Shown: positions 13,948 to 26,625 of the stretch, piece after piece
Numbering within the stretch: position 1 is the first letter of the stretch
Layout: each line of letters opens with the position of its first letter
Assembly (NCBI RefSeq): GCF_001194135.2
Contig: NC_068982.1
Span: 30,904,779 to 30,963,977, forward strand
Direction: 5' to 3'
Source: Octopus bimaculoides
Taxonomy: Eukaryota
DNA length: 59,199 nucleotides
Translations under genes and position numbers: made by a program
Notes under the pieces: generated by a model
The model's input: only the letters and a program-made list of their open reading frames with translations
The model's database searches: none
What the model was told of the DNA's origin: nothing

Positions 13948-15254
13948 ATATGGATTCATTAAGCAATGAAAAAGTATCTTTAGCTCATGACCACCTTGTA
14001 AATTTACATGAATACCAAAACTGAATACTATATTCAACGACCAAAAGAAAATTGTATAAAATCAGGAAAAGAAGCCCTTGAAATTACGTATCTTAAACGA
14101 TATAAAGAAGAAACCTCCACACACATCATCAATACCATAGAATACTACATAGTGTAACATGGGCGAAGCAAGTAGCCTCTCTGTGATCAGTTAACCCGGT
14201 AAGAATAGCAGCTAAATCTCACTCTTACAGTCCTCGCTCATACACTCATCTGTCATTCTGAAACAGAAAGATACATTGAACAACGTGATCCTGGATGCAG
14301 TTAGGTTAGAAACAAGACTAAATGGTTACGGCTGAAATAACTTTAACCATATGTCTGCACATTCAGAAGTAGCTGGAGAAGAAAATAAATAACAAAAGCA
14401 GCAAAAAAAAAAAAAAAAAAAAAAGAAACAGTAACAACAACTTACCTTTTACTTCTTTCAGCTATTAGACTGCAGCTATGCTGGAACATTGCCTTGTGCT
14501 GGGCACATTCACAGAACATTACCCCGCATTTAGCCTGAACAATATGTAAAAATTACACATACGGCAATATTCACCACCAACAATCAAAGCAGACAAATAG
14601 TGATCGAGTCCATCTTTTTTGCCTCTGCACTGACGATGACCATCTGAATTTACAGGTATGCAAAAATAGTCTGGAGACTACTATGGCCAAGAATCACGAC
14701 AGGCGGTCGAGATAGGCAATGACGCCCTTCTTTCGCTCTAGCCACCATCTCATCTTTTCGGGTAATGTGTCGCTGAAAAGCTTCACACATCTTGAAATCG
14801 AATAGTATGTATCCCTCCCGATGCGTCAAAAACCAAATTGTAGCTTTGTAACCTCGTTGCACCACAGCCACTTAAGGCCAACGAAAGGCTTACGTTGAGC
14901 ACACACATTATCTTTGACAACGCAGCCTTCATGCTTCGCGTTGGAGGATTATTTACTAAGGTCCGCTCTACTACAAGCACATCAGTTGTGATGTCTTTCT
15001 TAAAAACCTAGATTTCTAGCAAGGTACCCCTCTATTTTCAGTTTCTCTATCGAACACTTTAAATACTGGATAGTATTTGCCATTCCTATATTCTGTCCTA
15101 CAGAAAACTCTTTCTAGATACGATATCAATGTTTAAGTGTGATTTGCCCACGTTCAATCGACGCAGTTAAGAGTTTAGGTGATATTTGAGGTGTGATGTA
15201 ATTATCATGAGAAATTATTGCATGTTGATGGATGGTTAGTCCACATTACTCCGT

Positions 15255-15733
15255 AGAAGCAGATGGCCGGTCTCTTCCGGTTTCTCTGGCGTATATATTT
15301 CTCCTTGGATGCGACGCCGGTCTGTCGCAGGATTACTCGTTTTTATCAGATGAACGGACTGGAGCAACGTGAAATAAAGTGTTTTTTTTATTTCTTTATT
15401 GCCCACAAGGGGCCAACCATAGAGGGGACAAACAAAGACAGACAAAGGGATTAAGTCGATTACATCGACCCCAGTGCGTAACTGGTACTTAATTTATCGA
15501 CCCTGAAAAGATGAAAGGCATAGTCGACCTCGGTTAAATTTGAACTAAGAACGTAATGGCCGACGAAATACCGCTAAGCATTTTGTCCGGCGTGCTAACG
15601 TTTCTGCCAGCTCGCCGCAACGTGAAATAAAGTGTTTTGCTCCAGAACACAACGCAACCCCCCGCTCCTAGAATCGAAACCACATTCTTACGATCATGAG
15701 GCCAACACACTAACCACTACGCCATGTGCCTCC
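15255..15733 (-). mobile_element. tRNA-derived SINE (family D), interrupted by a nested family B SINE
   Basis: Head ggaggcacatggcgtagtggttagtgtgttggcctcatgatcgtaagaatgtggtttcgattct; the body continues across the insertion at 15386-15616. Confidence 0.8.
15386..15616 (-). mobile_element. SINE family B, full length, nested, with 20-22 bp TSD
   Basis: The direct repeat gcaacgtgaaataaagtgtttt occurs at 15364-15385 and 15617-15638. Head ggcgagctggcagaaacgttagcacgcc; tail gtgggcaataaagaaataaaaaa. Confidence 0.92.
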
Positions 15734-16439
15734 TTGTATGTTGTTGTATATCCTTTATTAATCCTTTGTTCGTCCGTGTAGATGATAAAGTTTTTTGTTT
15801 ATTTGGTCTCGGGATGTTGCTTTTGTTGTTGCTGTAGATTATTTTGTTGTAGTGTTTGTAATGTTGGTGGCATTTATAATATTGGGGGTGTTTGTGACTG
15901 TGTTGCTTTATGTGTTGTGTGTGATTGTTAGTTTCTGTGTTTCCTCATCTAAGCTCTTGTATTTTGTCTGGTGCAACATTTTTCATTTCCTATTTTAACT
16001 CTTCCTTTGATTAGTATCCATTTTGGTGAGTCTTTGAAATCGATCTCTTCGTAAGGCGAATTTTTGCTGTCACACAAATTTGCACACAGAGGGAATTGTT
16101 GTTTATGTCTGCTAATCTTGGTGAGTGTAACTCTGCTGTTGTTCCTTTTGGCGCTGCTGTTATCGTTTTTAGTGCTGCTGCTCTTTATGCTGATGTTGGT
16201 GATGCTGCAACTGCTTTTCTGGTTGGTGTTTCTCTTATGGGGAACGCGTCGGCAGTATGTGGGGATCTTCCTACTTCTGTCTTCGGTAGTTGGCAGGAAG
16301 TTCTTAAATGCTTTGAGTCTCTGCATATGATGATGATGATTATAAAGATAGTGATTATAATTCGTACTATTTACAACACCGGTCTTATTTAATGGGAACG
16401 TTACAAAGACAGTTTATAATTGGTATGGGCCAACAGAGT

Positions 16440-16975
16440 ATCAAAAGCCCCCGATGAAAAAGGAAAATGGATGTGCTCATTCTTGCTGTATCAGACCGAT
16501 GTAAGGCCACAAACAATTATAAGAACAAAAGACCGAAAAAAGACCAAAAGATCGAAAAAACAAAAGAACAGTGAATGTAGAATGTGCAGGTAGTGCAAGG
16601 TGACGGTGGACAGCATCATTTCAGATTTGCCATATCTGAATATAATCTTTTCCTTGTCCTTGTTAAATTTGAATATGCACACATACGCGATTGAGCTGAC
16701 AACTATATCTACTGAGTAATACACTGCTACCTCTTTGATGTGAAAGCAATCATGAAGTGGTATAAGCATGTACCAAACATGTTACATGACAACGATGTGG
16801 CCACAGTCCGAGAAAGACATCAAGAAAAACAGTCCTGACATACCACTGAAGGACAGGGAAACCACACACACACACTGATAGATATCACAACCCTTTCTAA
16901 GAGCAAAGGAAAATCTGTCGAAATATAAGAATCTTGCAATCGAAGTATTTAAAATGTGAAGAATGAAAGTTAAGT
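16440..16975 (+). mobile_element. Old R4/Dong-clade fragment (CCHC Zn knuckle plus RLE), pseudogenised
   Basis: LAVSDRCKATNNYK, SECRMCR*CKVTVDSIIS, KWYKHVP, NSPDI...LIDIT, NLSKYKNLAIEVFKM*. These are degenerate versions of AAQDQ, CRxC..ETVxHIISGC, RPDI, LIDV and EKLSKYKDLEIE. Confidence 0.75.
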
Positions 16976-17053
16976 AATTATAATAAATTCGCCATCAAAA
17001 TTTAGAACCATGCGTGCTGTAATACTCTCCTTCTCTCTCTCTCTCTCTCTCTT

Positions 17054-17084
<31 letters not shown>

Positions 17085-17095
<11 letters not shown>

Positions 17096-17330
17096 TCTTT
17101 TACTTGTTTCAGTCATTTGACTGTGGCCATGCTGGAGCACCGCCTTTAGTCGAGCAAATCGACCCCAGGACTTATTCTTTGTAAGCCTAGTACTTATTCT
17201 ATCGGTCTCTTTTTGCCGAACCGCTAGGTTACGGGGACGTAAGCACACCAGCATCGGTTGTTAAGCAATGGTGGGGGACAAACACAGACACACAAACACA
17301 CATACACACACACACACACANNNNNNNNNN

Positions 17331-17363
<33 letters not shown>

Positions 17364-17530
17364 TACGACGGGCTTCTTTCAGTTTCCGTCTACCAAATCC
17401 ACTCACAAGGCTTTGGTCGGCCCGAGGCTATAGTAGAAGACACTTGCCCAAGGTGCAACGCAGTGGGACTGAACCCGGAACCATGTGGTTGGTAAGCAAG
17501 CTACTTACCACACAGCCACACCTGCGCCTA
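17085..17530 (-). mobile_element. CORE-type SINE family A, full length (10-N gap in the internal microsatellite)
   Basis: High similarity to the 13533-13947 copy; head aggcgcaggtgtggctgtgtggtaagtagc...ggttcagtcccactgcg. Confidence 0.92.
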
Positions 17531-17899
17531 TCTAAAATGTTTATTAATATCTAAGTAGAAATTATAGTTAAACTTAGAATATTTATTAGATCCGTTACTA
17601 CCAGATTACATGTTCATATCATAAATATATTTTCATTTCCATATTTCTGGACTGTAGTATGCTTAGAGCTAATATATGTATTGGGAAATATAAGAAAACT
17701 GATTGATGTCACCAAAAGAAAGTAAAGAAAACCCCTACTTGATGCAATAATAATTTAGTAAGTATTAAGAGTAATAGTGGAATTTCCCTTCATAATAATG
17801 TTCTCAGTTTGCTTCTTTGATATGCATCATAACTTTAACATTACTTCTATGAATTCAAAGCATAAACCCATCGTCGGTTGGAATAGCTTAGAGCAATTT

Positions 17900-18320
17900 C
17901 CATACATTATACAGATTTGAAAAAGACATGGTGATATTGGAGTGTAATTTTGGGATTAAAAGCAGGGATATTGAAAATAAGAAGAGGAAAATCGTGGAAA
18001 TAATTGGGATACAATTGCCATATAATAAGCTCGTGAAACATATTTGGAACACTGATACGATAGAGTTAGATATGACAAAAGAAACCAACATGAACAATAC
18101 ATTTAGAAAAAATATTCCAGCAGTTAGATGTATTCTAGATTACATGAGTTAGTGTATCTCTTACTTATTGGATATAGTGGAAAAATAGTACAATGGGACA
18201 AAGAAGAACTTGTTAATTAAGATAAAATGGCTTGAAAGGCGATGATGATACATGGAACAAGATGTACATAAGACTAATAAACACATATAAACGGTAGAGT
18301 GGCTGAGATGTTACTGAATA
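17900..18320 (+). mobile_element. Old R4/Dong-clade RT C-terminal fragment
   Basis: KRKIVEIIGIQLPYNKLVKHI and YSGKIVQWDKEELVN*DKMA*KAMMIHG resemble KRGKIV.SEGIELP and YSAGIVDWTKEEL..LDRKTRKLMTMHG. Confidence 0.6.
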
Positions 18321-18853
18321 TAAACATTATGTACAGAGTAGGTGTAGGGTGCAAAGACGATGAGAATAGTTAAAACTGAAAGATATATTTAAGATATATT
18401 TTAAAAAATTAAGGATGTTTGGAAATAGATTATTCAGATTAGTATGAGCAGTTCCCATAACATTTACAGGGCATCTAAGCTGAAACGAAAAGGGAAAAAG
18501 TAAATAATACAATGAACTGTAACCAATGAATTGGTCTGGCAGGAATCAATACTTTATATATATATATTCTAATAAATTTGTGTCTATATGTCAGTTTTCT
18601 CCGTTTTCTTTTTCTCATACTCAAAGAGTAATAATAATATAACGTGATCTATCAATGTGAAGCTAACATCTTTGGTTTTCACTGATACACTGGATATAAC
18701 CTGGAAACCTGGATGCTGAGATCCTTTTAAGAGGATTTATATCCTTAATTTACTTAAGTATANNNNNNNNNNNNNNNNNNNNNNNNNATATATATATAAA
18801 TATAAGAATCAAAGCAGTTTGATTCAAATTCGTTGCTACTCTTGAGTTTCAAG

Positions 18854-18920
18854 CGCGATGCTAGTCGTCAGCCATTTTGAATTCGATTCAAATTCAAAAT
18901 GGCTGACTACTAGCATCACG
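18854..18920. other. 67-nt hairpin: 30-bp arms (28/30 paired) and a 7-nt loop
   Basis: cgcgatgctagtcgtcagccattttgaatt-cgattca-aattcaaaatggctgactactagcatcacg. Confidence 0.9.
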
Positions 18921-18972
18921 TAACCCCCAATGAACTGGTTGAGTGCTCTCCTTTCGTTTGTCTACTTACTAG

Positions 18973-19006
<34 letters not shown>

Positions 19007-19279
19007 CGTGTGTGTGTGTATGTGTGTGTGTCATGGTTTATTATTTACAGATGTATAAATTTATAGATGTGTGTGTGTGTGTGTTTATGTGCGTGTGTGT
19101 ATGTGTGTGTGCGTGTATATATGCCATAGAGCATTAAATGTACATCAACGGAAGAGATGTACGAAGAGGACAGAGCAATGTGGATCATCTGATCGTAAAA
19201 CAGATGCTCGGACGCAAACCAAAGTGTGGCACTTTAACGTGCACAAAAAAAAAAAAGAATTGAATGTTCATATTAAAGA

Positions 19280-21640
19280 AACATAAAAAGATCCAAATCA
19301 TATCCAACCATGCCACTTATAAGTAAACTGAAGTATGATTTAGAACCTGAAATCAAATTACAGATTAGAGACACCAGAGAGAAAGAGCTGAATAAATTCA
19401 TGAGAGAATTTAGGGCAAAGAGTGACCCAGGAGGTGATGGCGTCTCATATAATGTATATAAGAAATGCAATCGTCTCCGAAAATAACTTTTAGTCGTTCT
19501 TCAGCAGTTTTGGCGTGAGTGGGCTCTAGTGGAGGATTCATGTAACGCAGAATGCACATACCTGCCAAAGAAAGCCAATTCAGAGACTATAAATCAGTTC
19601 AGACTATAAATCAATTTAGAGTAATGGATATGTGAACGAATCTGCTCAATGCGTTGAACACTCCTGTTCCCTTTAGAAGGTGTTCCAGAATACCAAATAA
19701 AACAAAACAACTTTGAACGTGGTACAGCTTGATCTAACCAATGTATGTGGTTCAATGCCATATGTATTGCTTATGAGGGCCGGGGACAACTTCCAGAAAC
19801 GGAAGGTGACAAAATAAAATAAATGAAGAAATATTGCAACAGTTTCGAGATGTGATTCATGTGGTAATTTCACAACAGAATGGTACCACCTGAAAATTAG
19901 CATTGCAGCTGACTGCACAATATCTGTCACGTGGTTTATTCTAGTCATGAAAAGGATCTTGAGGGCGACAGACTATTCAGAACCTATGGCTCGTATACAG
20001 TCACTTAAGCAGGCCTTTATGAATGACCTAACAGTTCTCTCTGTAAATTAGCAGATCATGCAGAATGTCGTCTCATGGCTAGGTGAACTGATAAAGTGGT
20101 CATGGATGCAGTTCAGACGAAAAATGTCACACAGTCTGATATTTATTTGGGCAGTACAAGCAAAAAAAAAAGGCATACCGACAGTCAAAGAACAACTCGA
20201 GATAAGATTCAGAGCCGTGCATAAGCCGAAACATTGTCATATAGGATCACGAGATGTAGATTATGAAGCAAGCTAAGAATGGACTAAAAGCGATTGATGA
20301 TTCAAATCAAAGTATATATATGGTGTCTTCAGTTTGGCTTATATCCACGCCTTTCGTGGCCACTATTACTATACAAGGTGGCACTTTCAGAGGTTCAAAT
20401 TATTGTGCAAAAGTGTAATGTGTCTATTAGAAAATGTCTAGATCTACATCGGATAACGAACAGCTCAGCTCCTTGTTGTGAAGTTGTCTCAATGCAATTA
20501 CTACTGACAGCAATCATCAAAATTATGACGTTGGGAAGGTACGAACAGTGATGATGCTAAGAAAGTTGAAGGATACAGAAATAAGGAGTAATCTACAGAT
20601 GTAAAAACAGCCAGGAAGGGGAAAGCAGAAGCAGAAACAGAGGATGTCCTGTCTTCACATAAATACCGATATTTGGTGAGTGTTACGCAAATTGACCCGA
20701 AGTGACACGTGTTAGTCTCAGATCGGCTGAGACTATTCTCAAGTATGATGCAGAGTGAACGCAGATTTGTTGTTAACAACAGTCAAGACAAGGGAAGCAG
20801 AGAGAAAAGAGCTTCCTTTGATTCAATGCTCTCAACAAGGACAGATGACAAGATGAGAGTAGCAGTAAAGCGGAAATGAAATATAGCGGTAGAGTACATC
20901 ACGACGAGGATTTTTGGTTCGTTCATCATCCGATGCCTTACTGTTGCCTACAAACTGGTGGGATGGAACGTATAAAAGAGTGATAAATGCAGATGCAGGC
21001 AAGTAGGAGCAGTTAAGCATTTTATTTCCATCTGCTCACTGGCGTTGGATAGATATATCTGGAGACACAGTCTAGTCATTAAGATCCTCTTCAATACTAC
21101 ATAGAATCAACTTGTTCGAATTAAAACTGGCAAGAAATTTCAAGAAAGCAGCCAGAAATTTCATTATTTTTGTGCGTCTTGCACAGTAGATCCATCATGA
21201 GAAGAAACTTCCTGCAAACGATGGAAAGTGGAACGCTTACTTGAAGGTGGTTGCAGATTTATCGGAATGCCAAGGATTCTTTACCATTCTAGTCACAAAA
21301 AATTAGATATCATACTGTGTGAGAGAAAGAAAGTAAATTTGGAGGAGTTAAAGGTTTTTCATGAAGATAACATGGACACCGTTATGAACAGCTTCTTTGG
21401 GATTGTAAAGATCAGACTGGAAAGTAGAACACTATCCAATCGAAGATAGATGTAAAGGATTCATTGGAAACAGTATGAAGTAGTGATTGATGTTGCAAGG
21501 CCTAACTCAACATAAAGTAAATACCATCATGAATGTTATCCAGGTTACAGTGGAGAAAGCAGTCGAGAGGAAGGCCCTGAAGCGCGCACTTTTGCTCCTG
21601 ATGACTCCAGAAGCCTGATAGTGTAGAGTGCGAGGGACTT
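19280..21640 (+). mobile_element. HERO-type (R2-superfamily, RLE-bearing) non-LTR retrotransposon, heavily degenerate; RT, Zn knuckle and RLE in order
   Basis: Colinear motifs: PGGDGVSYNVYKKC, YLPKKANSETINQFR, LDLTNVCGSMP, ISIAADCTISV, AFMNDLTV (RT YxDD region), WCLQFGLYPRLSWPLLLY, KTARKGKAE, QQGQMTR*E, KCRCRQVGAVKHFISIC..RYIWRH (CCHC), KLDIIL..LEELKVFHEDN and YPIEDRCKGF (RLE). Many stops and frameshifts. Confidence 0.8.
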
Positions 21641-21702
21641 TCAACTGGTAGCAGTATACATACTTACATATATACACAAACATAGATACATCCATGTGTT
21701 TG

Positions 21703-21703
21703 T

Positions 21704-21762
<59 letters not shown>
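21703..21762. repeat. (CA)n microsatellite
   Basis: Direct reading. Confidence 0.95.
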
Positions 21763-21765
<3 letters not shown>

Positions 21766-22630
21766 GTATGTTCATGAGTGTGTGCATGTATATTCATATC
21801 CATGTATTGTATTTGCAGCAATTATTCCCATAATTATATGCAAGTCACAGGGCATTTCTCTAGAGACATCTAAAACAATAGAAGTAGACATGTCAATTTG
21901 GTAATTTTGAATATGACAAACAGTAAGAAAAAAATACAGAATATGTTGGCTGGAAAGTTATTAATGAAAGAAAACAACTTGAAAGTAGTCATCGTTTTGT
22001 CTATGTGAAATATACATACATATTATGAACATGTTTCAAGAAAAATGTCCAAATTCAATTTTAAAAAATTACTCTTTTCAATTTACAGTTCGCAACTTGA
22101 TAGTAAAGGCCAAATTATTTCTGCTATGACGAATGAATGAAATATAAGATTCATCAAACAGGCCATAATTCCTTTAAATTACATCGCCAATTCTTTTGAA
22201 AAATTTTTGATTAAAATTTCATATTCCTCCAGCTATTAAATCAATTGATTTTATTCAAAATTCGTAAAAAAGATTCTTCCGAGTTATCAAAAGAAATTGG
22301 GAGCAAATAAAGGCTAATTTGCTACAAAACAAGATTCCCATTTTAATGCACACCTCCCAGGTGTGTTTTAATGAATATAATGGAACGGACAAAAGACAAA
22401 AAAAAACAAAAAAAACTAAACAAAAAAGTAATAAAAAACAATGACATTATAAAACTGGAAAACATAAAATATTCCTTAAGAAATAGCAGACTGCTTGAAA
22501 TGACTGAGAATTGTCAATAATATACTAAATATAGTTTTATAATTTCTTGTTTAAAGTAAAAGTTATACTTGGAATTTAATATAAGCAAAATATAATGCAT
22601 ACATGAATAATATTATTATTATTATTATTG

Positions 22631-22840
22631 TTCAGTAGTTTTATTTTTATAACGTGCTTTCACTTCACTACCGAGCACAGCTCTGTGTGCCTGGGTATGT
22701 GCTGTGGTTTGCTGTGGTGCTCTTATGTTTACTGTATTGAAAGTGTTTTGCGTAGAATGTGTGCAGTACCCAGTAGTGCAATTTTCTGTATGTTATATAT
22801 ATTTGTAAGTCCTGGTGTTTTTGTTATGTATTTGTCTGAA
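22631..22840 (-). mobile_element. Dong-like (R4 clade) 3' end, 5'-truncated, embedded in (TAA)n
   Basis: Minus strand reads SDKYITKTPGLTNIYNIQKIALLGTAHILRKTLSIQ* plus the 3' UTR ...gcacgttataaaaataaaactactgaa, with ATT repeats on both sides. Confidence 0.9.
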
Positions 22841-22903
<63 letters not shown>

Positions 22904-22931
22904 TATTATTATTATTATTGCGATGATCACG

Positions 22932-23385
22932 TGGTGAGCTAGCAGAATCGTTACCGCGCTGTAAAAAATGCTTTGCGGCATTTCTTCATACTTTACTTTC
23001 TGAGTTCAAATACTGCCGGTTTCGATTTAGTCTTTCATCGCTTCGAGGTCGATAAATTAAGTGCCAGTTGGACAGTTGGGGGGGGGGAGGGATGTCAATG
23101 CAATCAATTTATTCCCTCACTCGAAACTGTTGGCCTTATACCAAAATTTGAAACCATTATTAGAAGCGATGTGCTCGTAGAAATGTAGTACGCGGGAAAG
23201 AAAATGCTTAATGGTATTTCGCCCGTTTTTACCTTCTGTGTTCAAATGTGGCGGAAGCTGACTTTGCCTTTGATCTTTTTGCAAAAAGTAACAGTCAAGT
23301 ACTGGGATTAATGTGATTGACTAGCTCTTTCCCTCAAAATTTCAGGCCATGTGCTTATAACAAAGCGGATATTATTACCATTATT
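22932..23385 (+). mobile_element. Two SINE family B copies in tandem
   Basis: gtggtgagctagcagaatcgttacc...gaggtcgataaattaag...ccaaaatttgaaaccattatt, followed by a second decayed copy ending aaagcggatattatt. Confidence 0.8.
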
Positions 23386-23396
23386 ATTATTATTAT

Positions 23397-23430
<34 letters not shown>

Positions 23431-23450
23431 ATTATTATTATTATTATTAT

Positions 23451-24660
23451 TCAGTAGTTTTATTTTTATAACGTGCTTTCACTTCACTACCGAGCGCAGC
23501 TCTGTGCGCCTTGGGTATGTGCTGTGGTTTGCTGTGGTGCTCTTATGTTTACTGTATTGAAAGTGTTTTGCGTAGAATGTGTGCAGTACCCAGTAGTGCA
23601 ATTTTCTGTATGTTATATATATTTGTAAGTCCTGGTGTTTTTGTTATGTATTTGTCTGAATATTTTTTTATTATACCTAAGGCACCTACTATGATAGGAA
23701 TTGTTTCTGTTTTTAGATTCCACATTCGAGTTATCNNNNNNNNNNNNNNNNNNNNNNNNNNNNNNNNNNNNNNNNNNNNNNNNNNNNNNNNNNNNNNNNN
23801 NNNNNNNNNNNNNNNNNNNNNNNNNNNNNNNNNNNNNNNNNNNNNNNNNNNNNNNNNNNNNNNNNNNNNNNNNNNNNNNNNNNNNNNNNNNNNNNNNNNN
23901 NNNNNNNNNNNNNNNNNNNNNNNNNNNNNNNNNNNNNNNNNNNNNNNNNNNNNNNNNNNNNNNNNNNNNNNNNNNNNNNNNNNNNNNNNNNNNNNNNNNN
24001 NNNNNNNNNNNNNNNNNNNNNNNNNNNNNNNNNNNNNNNNNNNNNNNNNNNNNNNNNNNNNNNNNNNNNNNNNNNNNNNNNNNNNNNNNNNNNNNNNNNN
24101 NNNNNNNNNNNNNNNNNNNNNNNNNNNNNNNNNNNNNNNNNNNNNNNNNNNNNNNNNNNNNNNNNNNNNNNNNNNNNNNNNNNNNNNNNNNNNNNNNNNN
24201 NNNNNNNNNNNNNNNNNNNNNNNNNNNNNNNNNNNNNNNNNNNNNNNNNNNNNNNNNNNNNNNNNNNNNNNNNNNNNNNNNCATTTGTTTTATAGCTTTT
24301 GTTGTTTCTTCTTCTTCTTCTTCGTATTTGTTAGGTAGATTGATTTCTTGTTTGTATTTGTCAGCTTCCTTAAATACTGAAAACAGTTTTTTGTTTTGCT
24401 CGTGTTTTGTGGCTATTTGTATTAGTTTCCCTTGCTTCTGGAGTAGGTATTTTTGCAGTCCTATGGTGGTTATTTTATAATAGTTTTCTAGCTGTATAAG
24501 ACCCCTGCCACCTTCTGTGCGTTGTATATATAGCCTTTCTATGTCAGATTTTGGGTGGTGCATCCTATATCCTGTCATTATTTTTCTTGTTTTCCTGTCT
24601 ATTTTACATAGTTCGTTTAGTGTCCAGTTAAGGATGTTGTAGCTGTAGCTTATAACTATC
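23451..24660 (-). mobile_element. Dong-like (R4 clade) element, young, 5'-truncated, with a 546-N internal gap, embedded in (TAA)n
   Basis: Open frame ISYSYNILNWTLNELCKIDRKTRKIMTGYRMHHPKSDIERLYIQRTEGGRGLIQLE (RT thumb). Its 3' end is nearly identical to the 22631 and 26802 copies. Confidence 0.9.
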
Positions 24661-24690
24661 ATTATTATTATTATCATTATTATTATTATT

Positions 24691-24910
24691 AAGGCGGCGA
24701 GCTGGCGGAATCGTTTGCACCCTGGACAAAATGCTTAGCGGTATTTCGCCTGTTGCTATGTTCTGGGTTCAAATTCCACCGAGGGCGACTTTGTCTTTCA
24801 ACTTTTCGTGGTCGATAAATTAAGTACCAGTCAAGTACTTGGATTGATGTAATCGACTATCTCCCCTCTCCCAAATTGCTGCCCTTGTGGCAAAATTTGA
24901 AACCATTATT
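24691..24910 (+). mobile_element. SINE family B, full length, within an ATT tract
   Basis: aaggcggcgagctggcggaatcgtttgcac...gggttcaaattcc...ggtcgataaattaagtaccag...aaatttgaaaccattatt. Confidence 0.9.
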
Positions 24911-24924
24911 ATCATTATTATTAT

Positions 24925-25995
24925 CATTGTAGACGTCGTACATTATACAAGATAGTGGGGTTGTTGATTGAAGAGATTATGTCTACCGGTGGTTTGTATT
25001 GTTTGTCAAGCCACAACACGGACCTCAGACAGACAATACTTTACGCAGTATGCGTGCAGTTCCAAGTAATGCCGAATTTTGTAATACACCTAGATTGTAG
25101 GGTATTTCTAAAGTTTTCAGATGTTCTTTTTTTTTTTTAGATTGGGTGGTATTGAATCTGATGCTCCGATGATGATTAGGATAACCTTTATGTTTGACTC
25201 TCGTAGCTGCCACATCTTAGCGATCTCAATTCTCAGGCCTCCATATTTATCAACCTTTTCTCTTTTTTTCATGATGACATGGTGAACTATCTTCTTATTA
25301 TTTTCTTCATAGTCTCATGTTGTATACGATCTCTTTCACCTATCCCCAGGTATTTATAGCTTTCTTGTGGGTCAAGCTCTTTGAAGGTAGCGTCGGTATT
25401 TAATTTATTGGAAGCTGTTTTCCTGAGCTTGCCTCTTACAAAAGTTGCTTTAGTAAACTTATCAAGGTCAAAATCCATCCCGATATCATTGCTGAACTCT
25501 TTAACAGTTGTTACCAGCCCTACGAGCTCTTCATCATATCTAGCAAACAGCTTCAGATCGTCCATATACAGCAGATGTTTTATTGTCATATTATAAACTT
25601 TGAACCCATATTTAGTGTTATTTAGTTTGTTTGCGAGTGGGATCAGTGCCATGCAAAAGAGTAAAGGGAGAGGGAGTCACTTTGAAAGATGTCCTGTGTG
25701 ATATTGACGTTGTTAGTTTGGTTCATCCCATTGCTATGGTTTATGGAGACGCGCGTTCTACCTGGCCATGATACCTTGTAAGAATATAGGGACGACAGAA
25801 GAGATCTCATATATCTCAAGGGCCTTGGGTAGCCAGTTATGTGGGACACTATCAAACGATTTCCTGTAGTCTATCCATGCCATACTCAGGTTCTTCTGTT
25901 CATACTCAGGTTCTTCTGTTCATACTCAGGTTCTTCTGGCAATTCTATATAATCATTTCACTTATGAGAAATTGATCCTTGCAGCCATAAGAATA
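24925..25995 (-). mobile_element. Second R4/Dong subfamily, internally deleted (RT core joined to RLE C-terminus and 3' UTR)
   Basis: SYGCKDQFLI, KNLSMAWIDYRKSFDSVPH, GIFQ-DSLSPLLFCMALIPL, KHLLYMDDLKLFA, YKYLGI, then abruptly EKVDKYGGLRIEIAKMW...SALLGTARILRKVLSV*. The 3' end abuts (AAT)n. It contains a triplicated 20-mer at 25881-25940. Confidence 0.88.
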
Positions 25996-26046
25996 TATTT
26001 ATGATTATTATTATTATTAATCATCATCATCTTCATCATTATCATT

Positions 26047-26625
26047 ATAACCTCCACCTTTGCGAAAGCGGTGGTATTGTGCTTGTTTGTTCGTCCATGG
26101 ACAAGATATCTCAAGAACCACTGGATGGTTTCGGATGAAACTTTCAGAGATGTTTGGCCTTGTGACTGGTATGAATTGGCTATATTTTTGGATCGATCCA
26201 GTACCGGACAAGGATTCTAGATTATTTGTTATATTTACTTTACTTTACATGATTACGATTGTACGTTAACTTTCAAGTCTTGCTTAATTATCTCCCTTTA
26301 AGTTGTAACTATTTTGAATGGTGAATTTGTTAACTTTGACTTGTATTAAATAAGGATAAAATATTTCTTACTGTTACTAAATTTTCTACAGCTACCTTCA
26401 CATATCAAAACTACAACTGGGAGCGATCAGGTACCGGACAAAGATTCTGGATTATTTTTCCGTGTTTTTATTTGATTTTTGAGAACGGTCGGGTTCATAT
26501 TTAGTATTCTCATTTGTGAGAGTAGTCGAGTTTATTTCAGATATTCTCATTATAAAAATCCTCTCCGGCTAATCGTTGAGAGGACGTTGGTGTTGCCTTA
26601 GCGGAGGATTGCGCTCTCCAAGTGC

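Noticed and set aside
14560-15230. GC-richer segment as an L2/Gypsy RT remnant (LHASRWRIIY, GVIAYLDR)
   Set aside because: Isolated weak motifs on opposite strands with no colinear set.
25881-25940. Triplicated 20-mer catactcaggttcttctgtt as a regulatory or CRISPR repeat
   Set aside because: It is a slippage duplication inside the KNLSMAW motif of a dead R4 RT.
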